64,000 bases of DNA from Trueperaceae bacterium. GTDB lineage: Bacteria; Deinococcota; Deinococci; Deinococcales; Trueperaceae. The notes below the pieces were generated by a model. That model made no database searches and was not told the DNA's origin. It was given only the letters and a program-made list of their open reading frames with translations. The position numbers and the translations under genes are program-made. The stretch covers positions 32,001 through 96,000 of the forward strand of contig JAXHNB010000002.1 in assembly GCA_034520945.1 (NCBI GenBank). The letters are read 5' to 3'. This document shows positions 58,420 through 64,000 of the stretch, in pieces. Position 1 is the stretch's first letter. Each line of letters opens with the position of its first letter.

Positions 58420-59235
58420 CTACCAGGAGCCGAAGTCCTGAAGGAACGCGCCCAACGCCTCGGCGCATGCCCTGGCGATCCGCTCGCCCTTCTCGTGGCT
58501 GGCCGCGCTGGGATCGCCCAGCGTGCCGCTCGGAGACAGGGCGTCGAAGGGCAGGTAGCGGCGGGCCGGCGCGCCGTCGAACAGGTCGGAGGAGAGGTAG
58601 CGCGAGGGGTGTTCCGGGTAGCAGGTCACGGCCTCGTCCATGCGCACCAGGGTGCCGTGCGTGGCCAGCATCAGCGAGGTCTCGAACTCGCCGGCGTGGC
58701 CGGTGCCGCCGGTTCGGGTGTCGCGCAGCTCTGCGCTTCGCGGGCCCAGAAGGTGGAAGTAGGTGAGTGCGGCGACGCGTGGTACGTCGGCGCCGCGTTC
58801 ACCCAGGCGTGCCAGCGCGACGTTCAGCGCGGCCACGTTGCCGCCGTGGCCGTTGAGCAGCAGGATGCGGCGAACGCCGTGGTGCAGCAGCGACACGCAC
58901 ACGTCCACCACCACGTCGACGAACGTGGAGGTGGTGAGGGTGATGGAGCCGGCCAGGCCCATGTGATGCGGCGACAGGCCCGTCCACAGGGTGGGCAGCA
59001 GCAGGAGCGGCCGCTCGTCGCTCCAGTCTTCGGCTGCGTGGCGCGCCACGGTTTCCGCCGCGAACGCGTCGGTGCCCACCGGCAGGTGGTGCCCGTGTTG
59101 CTCGGTCGAGCCGACCGGCACGATCACGATCGGATCGCGCGCGATCGCGTCGGCCAGCATGGGCGAAGTGTTGTCCGCCCAGTCGAGGTGCGGGCGGAAC
59201 GCCGCGTCGTCGCCCGAGGTGCGGGGAGGCGCCAT
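58420..59235 (-). CDS. Creatininase-family amidohydrolase
   Basis: PVGSTEQHGHHLPVGTD, SPHH, NGHGGN, GHAGEFETS, SGTLGDP. Confidence 0.92.
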   Translation of the reverse strand: MAPPRTSGDDAAFRPHLDWADNTSPMLADAIARDPIVIVPVGSTEQHGHHLPVGTDAFAAETVARHAAEDWSDERPLLLLPTLWTGLSPHHMGLAGSITLTTSTFVDVVVDVCVSLLHHGVRRILLLNGHGGNVAALNVALARLGERGADVPRVAALTYFHLLGPRSAELRDTRTGGTGHAGEFETSLMLATHGTLVRMDEAVTCYPEHPSRYLSSDLFDGAPARRYLPFDALSPSGTLGDPSAASHEKGERIARACAEALGAFLQDFGSW

Positions 59236-60707
59236 CAGCCGACGTGGAGGCTGATCGTCTTCAGGTCGCTCATCTCGCGGAGGGCGTACATCCCACCGAC
59301 GCGCCCCACCCCGCTGAGCTTGCCGGACGCCCCGCCGAACGGTACGTGCAACTCCCAGTACGTCGAGGCGTCGTTCACGTTCACGGTGCCGGTCCGGATG
59401 CCCTCTGCGAAGTAGTAGGCGCGCTTCAGGTCGCGCGTGAACACGCTGGAGACCAGCCCCAGCGTATTGCGATTCGCGATCTCGAGGATCTCCTCGTCGC
59501 TGCGGACGCGAATCAGCGGGACGACGGGCCCGAAGGTCTCCTCGAGGTTCAGTTTGCTGTCCAGGCTCACGTCGCTCAGCACGGTCGGCTCGAAGTACAG
59601 GTCGCTGCCCAGGTCATTGCGGGCGTGCCCGCCGAACATCACGCTGGCGCCGCCCTGCAAGCTTTCCGAGACGTGGTCGGCCACCTTGGCCGCCACGCCT
59701 GCGTTGTTGAGCGGGCCCATGGTGCTCGATTCGTCGAGCGGATCGCCCAGCCGGACCCGTTTGGCGGCGTCCACCACGCGCTCCGCGAAGGCGTCGTAGA
59801 TGTTGGAGCCGACGAGGACGCGTTCGGAGGAGGAGCAGATCTGTCCGGCATTGGTGAAGCTGCCCGCCGCTGTGGCCTGCACGGCCGCGTCGAGGTCGGC
59901 GTCGTCGAGAACGATCACCGGGCCGTTGCCCCCCATCTCCAGCAGGCACGGTTTTCCGGCGGCCCGCTGGGCGATGTGGACGCCGGTGGCGGCGCTGCCG
60001 GTGAAGCCGACCCCGTCGGTGTCGGGATGCCCCACGATCTCGTCGCCGACCACCTCGCCGGGTCCCGTGACGAGGTTCAGGGCCCCCTCCGGCACGCCGG
60101 CCTCCTCGAGGCAGGCCGTGAGCTTCACCGCGCAGGCGGAGGTGGTGGGGGCGGGCACCCACACGATGGCATTGCCGGCCGCCAACCCGGGCGCCAGGTA
60201 CTCCACGGGGATGTTCATGGGGAAGTTCCACGGCGTGACCACGGCGTACACGCCGCGGGGCTGGTGGATGGTGAACACGCGCTTGCCGGGATCGGCCACC
60301 CGAATCGTCTCGCCTTGGAGCCACTTCACGTGCTCGGACGCATTGCGGAACCCCTCGATCGCCTTGGAGACTTCGAACTGCGCTTCCGACCACAGCGGCT
60401 TGCCCTGGTCCTCGGTGAGGGTCCGCGCCAGCTCGTCCTTGCGTCGCTCCATCACGTCGGCCACGTCCTGCAGCAACTTCGAGCGCTCCCAGACCGACAT
60501 GGCGGCCATGTGCCGCTGGCCCTTCCGCGCAGCAGCGATCGCGTTGCGGGCGTCCTCGCGCGAGCCCTTGGGAAGCGTCGCGAAGGTCGTGCCCGTGGCG
60601 GGGTTGACGGCGTCGAACGTCTCGCCCGACTGGCTCTCGACCCAGCGACCTTCGATGAACATGCGGAGTTCCTGAACGGGGGTGGATTGGGGGGTACGCG
60701 TGCTCAT
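59235..60707 (-). CDS. Aldehyde dehydrogenase family protein
   Basis: PWNFP, FTGS, LEMGGN, NAGQICSS, EETFGP, PFGG. Confidence 0.93.
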   Translation of the reverse strand: MSTRTPQSTPVQELRMFIEGRWVESQSGETFDAVNPATGTTFATLPKGSREDARNAIAAARKGQRHMAAMSVWERSKLLQDVADVMERRKDELARTLTEDQGKPLWSEAQFEVSKAIEGFRNASEHVKWLQGETIRVADPGKRVFTIHQPRGVYAVVTPWNFPMNIPVEYLAPGLAAGNAIVWVPAPTTSACAVKLTACLEEAGVPEGALNLVTGPGEVVGDEIVGHPDTDGVGFTGSAATGVHIAQRAAGKPCLLEMGGNGPVIVLDDADLDAAVQATAAGSFTNAGQICSSSERVLVGSNIYDAFAERVVDAAKRVRLGDPLDESSTMGPLNNAGVAAKVADHVSESLQGGASVMFGGHARNDLGSDLYFEPTVLSDVSLDSKLNLEETFGPVVPLIRVRSDEEILEIANRNTLGLVSSVFTRDLKRAYYFAEGIRTGTVNVNDASTYWELHVPFGGASGKLSGVGRVGGMYALREMSDLKTISLHVG

Positions 60708-60716
60708 GGTGCCTCC

Positions 60717-61760
60717 TTAGCGGTGCTCGAGGTCCGTCACCTCGACGGCGCCTCCTTGGTCCAACGATCGGTGTACGGCGCGGCAGATCGCCACGGCGTC
60801 GCGTGCGGTGCGGCCCGACGAGCGCGGGGTCTCGCCGGTGGTCAGGCAGCGGACGAAGTGGTCGATCTCCTCGCGCAACGCGCCCGCCACGCGGCCGTCC
60901 AGCCGCGGCCAGTGACGCGTTTCGGGCATGCGCCACCCCTGAGCGTCGACCGCCACCAGATTCATGGTGCGGAGGTCGAGCGACGCGGTGCCCTTTCGGC
61001 CGAACACGTCCAAGCGGACGTCCCCGAACGGCCCCCACGCCTCGGGGGCCCGCGTCTCGCCCCATGCGTTCGGCAGTGTCCAGCCGCTCTCCACCACGGC
61101 GAGCGACCCGTCGCCGAAGGTGAGGGACGAGAAGACCACGTCGGGGGTGCCGTAGGCGTCGAACACGTCGCCGCGCGCCTGGTGCGCCTGCACGCGCACC
61201 GGCCGCGCCGGCCGGAGCCAGTTCAGGACGTCGAAGTCGTGCACGCCGAGGTAGTCCACCACATGCGTGCCGCCCGCGAAGCGGTCGGCTTCGCCTCGTA
61301 GGCCGTGACGGCGCGCGTACACCGATACCAGGTCGCCGAGCACGCCGGCCCGCACCGCCTCGCGAAGGTTGGCGTAGGCGGTCTCGAACCGCAAGATATG
61401 GCCCACGAGCAGGGGCACGCCGGCGGCGTACGTCGCGGCGATCATGGCGTCGGCATCGTCCAATCGCGTCGCCAGGGGCTTCTCGACCAGCACGCCGAGA
61501 CCGGCCTGCGCGGCGCGGACCACGCTGTCCCGGTGGGCGTGGTCGGGCGTGGCCACCACGACGCCGTCGAGGTCCATGGCGAGGAGTTCGTCCAGCGACG
61601 TGCAGGCCCGCGCTCCGTGCGCCTCCGCCGTGCGGACCGCCGCGGCGGGGTCGGCGTCGAACACGGCCGTGAGCTCGCCACCGGTGGCCTGGGCGAGGGT
61701 GGCGGCATGGAGCCGGCCCATGAAGCCGCACCCCACCACCCCGATGCGCGCCCTGTTCAT
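60717..61760 (-). CDS. Gfo/Idh/MocA-family oxidoreductase
   Basis: IGVVGCGFMG, ATPDHAH, VEKPLA, LGVHDFD. Confidence 0.92.
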   Translation of the reverse strand: MNRARIGVVGCGFMGRLHAATLAQATGGELTAVFDADPAAAVRTAEAHGARACTSLDELLAMDLDGVVVATPDHAHRDSVVRAAQAGLGVLVEKPLATRLDDADAMIAATYAAGVPLLVGHILRFETAYANLREAVRAGVLGDLVSVYARRHGLRGEADRFAGGTHVVDYLGVHDFDVLNWLRPARPVRVQAHQARGDVFDAYGTPDVVFSSLTFGDGSLAVVESGWTLPNAWGETRAPEAWGPFGDVRLDVFGRKGTASLDLRTMNLVAVDAQGWRMPETRHWPRLDGRVAGALREEIDHFVRCLTTGETPRSSGRTARDAVAICRAVHRSLDQGGAVEVTDLEHR

Positions 61761-62554
61761 CGCGCGTCCTCCTCTTCGCGCACGCCGGAGGACGGGGCGT
61801 GTCGGGTCTCCCCACCCGGGGTGTCGTCGGCGCCGAGTTCACGGGAGATGGTCTGCGCGCAGGCCCGGGCGATGGGCACCAGCTCGCGGATGCGTGCATC
61901 GGTGAGGTACACGGTGGCGCCGCTGATGCTGATCGCCGCGATCGCACGCCCCGACGCGTCCCAGACGGGGACGGCGATGCAGCGGATGCCCGGCTCGTTC
62001 TCCTCGAGGTCGAGGGCGTACCCCTGGCGTCGGATGGTGGCGAGCTCGTCGCGCATGGCGTCCGGCCACGTGATCGAGCTGTCGGTCTTGGGGGCGAGAT
62101 CCAACAGGTGCGACGGCCATTCCTCCAGAGGCAGGCTGGCGATGAGCGTCTTGCCCAGGGCGGTGGTCTGGGCGGGAACGCGCAGGCCGACGTGCGAGCG
62201 CATTTGCAGCCCGCGGCTTCCCTCGATCTTCTCCAGGTAGGTGATGTGGCCGTCCGCGAGGACGCCTAGGTGGACCGTTTCGGAGGTGCGCCGCGACACC
62301 TCCTCGAGGTGGGGCCGGGCGACCGTCAGGTAGTCCAATTGCTGGCGCGCCAGCTCGCTGAGCTGCAGCAGGCGGTAGTCCAACCGGAAGCGGTGGCCCT
62401 GGTAGCGCAACAGGTGATGATGCACCAGCACCTGCGTGAGGCGGTGCACCGTGCTCTTCGGTAGGCCGCTGGCACGCGCCAGATCGCCGAGCGTATCGAA
62501 GCCTTCAGCCACCAGCGTCAACAGGTTCAGCCCCTTGTCCAGGGTACGACTCAC
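61757..62554 (-). CDS. IclR-family transcriptional regulator
   Basis: SRTLDKGLNLL, SGLPKSTVHRL, ETVHLG, TALGK, GYALDLEENEPGIRCIAVPV; GGAGG upstream of GTG 62554. Confidence 0.92.
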   Translation of the reverse strand: MSRTLDKGLNLLTLVAEGFDTLGDLARASGLPKSTVHRLTQVLVHHHLLRYQGHRFRLDYRLLQLSELARQQLDYLTVARPHLEEVSRRTSETVHLGVLADGHITYLEKIEGSRGLQMRSHVGLRVPAQTTALGKTLIASLPLEEWPSHLLDLAPKTDSSITWPDAMRDELATIRRQGYALDLEENEPGIRCIAVPVWDASGRAIAAISISGATVYLTDARIRELVPIARACAQTISRELGADDTPGGETRHAPSSGVREEEDAR

Positions 62555-62587
62555 GCCTCTACCTCCGGCCGTGGCGGGCTCACGTCC

Positions 62588-62604
62588 GTTCCGAATAATG
62601 GTAC
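62588..62604. promoter_or_regulatory. Imperfect palindrome GTTCCGAATAATGGTAC, candidate IclR operator
   Basis: GT.CC-N7-GG.AC symmetry in the AT-rich divergent intergenic region. Confidence 0.4.
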
Positions 62605-62617
62605 GCCATGCCTCATA

Positions 62618-62646
62618 TTGACATGCCCTCGCCGGCAGCCTATACT
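62618..62646 (+). promoter_or_regulatory. Sigma70-type promoter for the SBP operon
   Basis: TTGACA-N17-TATACT. Confidence 0.75.
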
Positions 62647-62860
62647 CGCGCCGCAAGACAACGCAATGTGCTTCGCGCTGCTTTGGCCGTGGTCGGCGTG
62701 GTGCGTGACCATGCGCGCCGTGTTCTCGGCGGATGCGCCGTGGGCGCGGAGCCAGGAGAACACGGGAGGTCGGTGGACCCTGCAGTTGGCCAACGCCCGG
62801 CATGCGTCCCGGTAGCGGCGCAGTCGGGACACGCGCACTCGCGTTCCAGGAGGACGAGAC

Positions 62861-64000
62861 ATGCGACATCGGATCGGATGGCGAAACCTGGCGGCGGTGG
62901 CCGCGCTCGCGGCCGTGGCCTGGGGATCGCTGGCATCGGCCCAGACCGAGATCACGTTCACGGTCTGGAACTACTCGCTTGACACCGTGCAGGACAACAT
63001 TCGCCAGTTCGAGGAGGCGAATCCCGACGTCGAGGTCACCCTGAACGACTACACCTGGCAGGACTACCAGGACACCATGGTGTTGCGCTTCCGCGGCGGC
63101 AACGCCCCCGACGTGCTGTACGGCGGGCAGGATTGGCTTCCCGCCTGGGCGTCGGCAGGCTGGGTGGTGCCGATCGAGGGTCGTTGCGAAGGGATGGCGC
63201 AGTACGCCGAGGACGCCGCAGATTATGCCGTCAGCGACATGACGTATCAGGGTGAGCTATACGGCCTTCCCTACTACGCGGACACCATCAGCTTCCTGTA
63301 CAACGAAGCGATCCTGGACGAGCACGGCATCGACGTGCCCCAGACGTGGGACGACGTGCTGCAGGCCAGCCTCGAGCTAAAGGAGGCGGGGATGAGCCGC
63401 CCCTTCATCTACGAGTACGACCAGGAGCTGCCCAACTTCTACGACGCGTTCGTGGCGCAGGTGTACGGCCGTGGCGGCGACATGTTCGACGAGGACCTAA
63501 ACCCGCTGTTCGATGATCCCGACAGCGCCGCGTTCCAGCACCTGCAGTGGCTGCAGGACGCAATCACCGAGCACGAGATCATCGAGATGGTGCCACACGA
63601 GACGGACATCATTCGGGCCATGAACACGGGCCAGCACGCCTTCACCGTCGTGTACAACTACGTACTGGCGGCCATGAACGAGCAGGCCACCCAGCCGCGT
63701 GCCGGCGAATTCGCACTGGCCCGGATGCCGGGCGAGGCGCACGAGACGCTCGGCTTCGCCAAGTTCTACGCCCTCTCGCAGGAGGCGGCCGAGGACCCCG
63801 AGCGGCTCGACGCGGCCTGCCGCTTCATCGAGTACATGGGAGGCGGCGACTACGAGATCGCCACCCGCTGGGCGGCCGAACGCGGGCTCGGCTTCGCGCA
63901 GTTGCCGCTGTTCGAACGCGAGGTCGTGCGCGAGGCCTGGGGCAGCTGGATCGACATCGACGTGTTGCAGGAGCAGGTCGCCAGCGCCCGAAGTGGTACC
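62861..64000 (+). CDS. Carbohydrate ABC substrate-binding protein (runs off the window end)
   Basis: AGGAGG RBS; MRHRIGWRNLAAVAALAAVAWGSLASAQTEITFTVWNYS..., FEEANPDVEV, YQGELYGLPYY; open to the window end. Confidence 0.88.
   Translation, partial: MRHRIGWRNLAAVAALAAVAWGSLASAQTEITFTVWNYSLDTVQDNIRQFEEANPDVEVTLNDYTWQDYQDTMVLRFRGGNAPDVLYGGQDWLPAWASAGWVVPIEGRCEGMAQYAEDAADYAVSDMTYQGELYGLPYYADTISFLYNEAILDEHGIDVPQTWDDVLQASLELKEAGMSRPFIYEYDQELPNFYDAFVAQVYGRGGDMFDEDLNPLFDDPDSAAFQHLQWLQDAITEHEIIEMVPHETDIIRAMNTGQHAFTVVYNYVLAAMNEQATQPRAGEFALARMPGEAHETLGFAKFYALSQEAAEDPERLDAACRFIEYMGGGDYEIATRWAAERGLGFAQLPLFEREVVREAWGSWIDIDVLQEQVASARSGT

Noticed and set aside
1..64000. Many long Arg/Gly/Ala/Pro-rich ORFs in alternative frames and on antisense strands (e.g. 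17988..19811-, 24045..25829+, 28227..29987+, 59244..61301+, 59614..61947-)
   Set aside because: Shadow ORFs expected at this GC content; they overlap genes with clear family motifs and show no motifs of their own.
1..64000. CRISPR array, tRNA or rRNA genes
   Set aside because: No regularly spaced short repeats and no recognisable tRNA or rRNA sequence found by inspection.

Overview
High-GC bacterial window, most likely Deinococcota (Trueperaceae/Thermales-like). This is inferred from the Thermus-type carotenoid genes, apparently leaderless starts and many signal peptides ending in -AQ. In order it contains: a phosphotriesterase-family gene; an unusual HTH protein divergent from a fructoside ABC/GH32 operon; a GlcNAc-glycoside utilisation operon (ROK regulator, ABC, eukaryote-like GH84 O-GlcNAcase coupled to a GNAT, UPF0309 SIS protein, BadF-type kinase); and a ~16.9 kb block present twice in tandem (15290-32159 and 32384-49254, constant offset 17094, patchy SNP divergence, 224-bp unique spacer). 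Each copy of that block carries a pentose-type ABC plus FGGY kinase, a TetR-led carotenoid operon (crtB, a 32-codon crtI-like scar, membrane lycopene cyclase, acyltransferase, glycosyltransferase, P450), a YhaN/YhaO-like ATPase-nuclease pair and an M14 deacylase. After it come a Fe3+/thiamine-type ABC; a candidate surface-fibre locus (Ig-like lipoprotein with a Cys-flanked tail, secreted tail-fibre-like protein, C39-like protein lacking the catalytic residues, Lnt); a methyltransferase; and an IclR/oxidoreductase/ALDH/creatininase catabolic cluster with a truncated sugar SBP. About ten single-base frameshifts, several in G/C homopolymers, point to long-read consensus errors, so pseudogene calls and the duplication itself need read-level confirmation. 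No rRNA, tRNA, CRISPR array or transposase was recognised.
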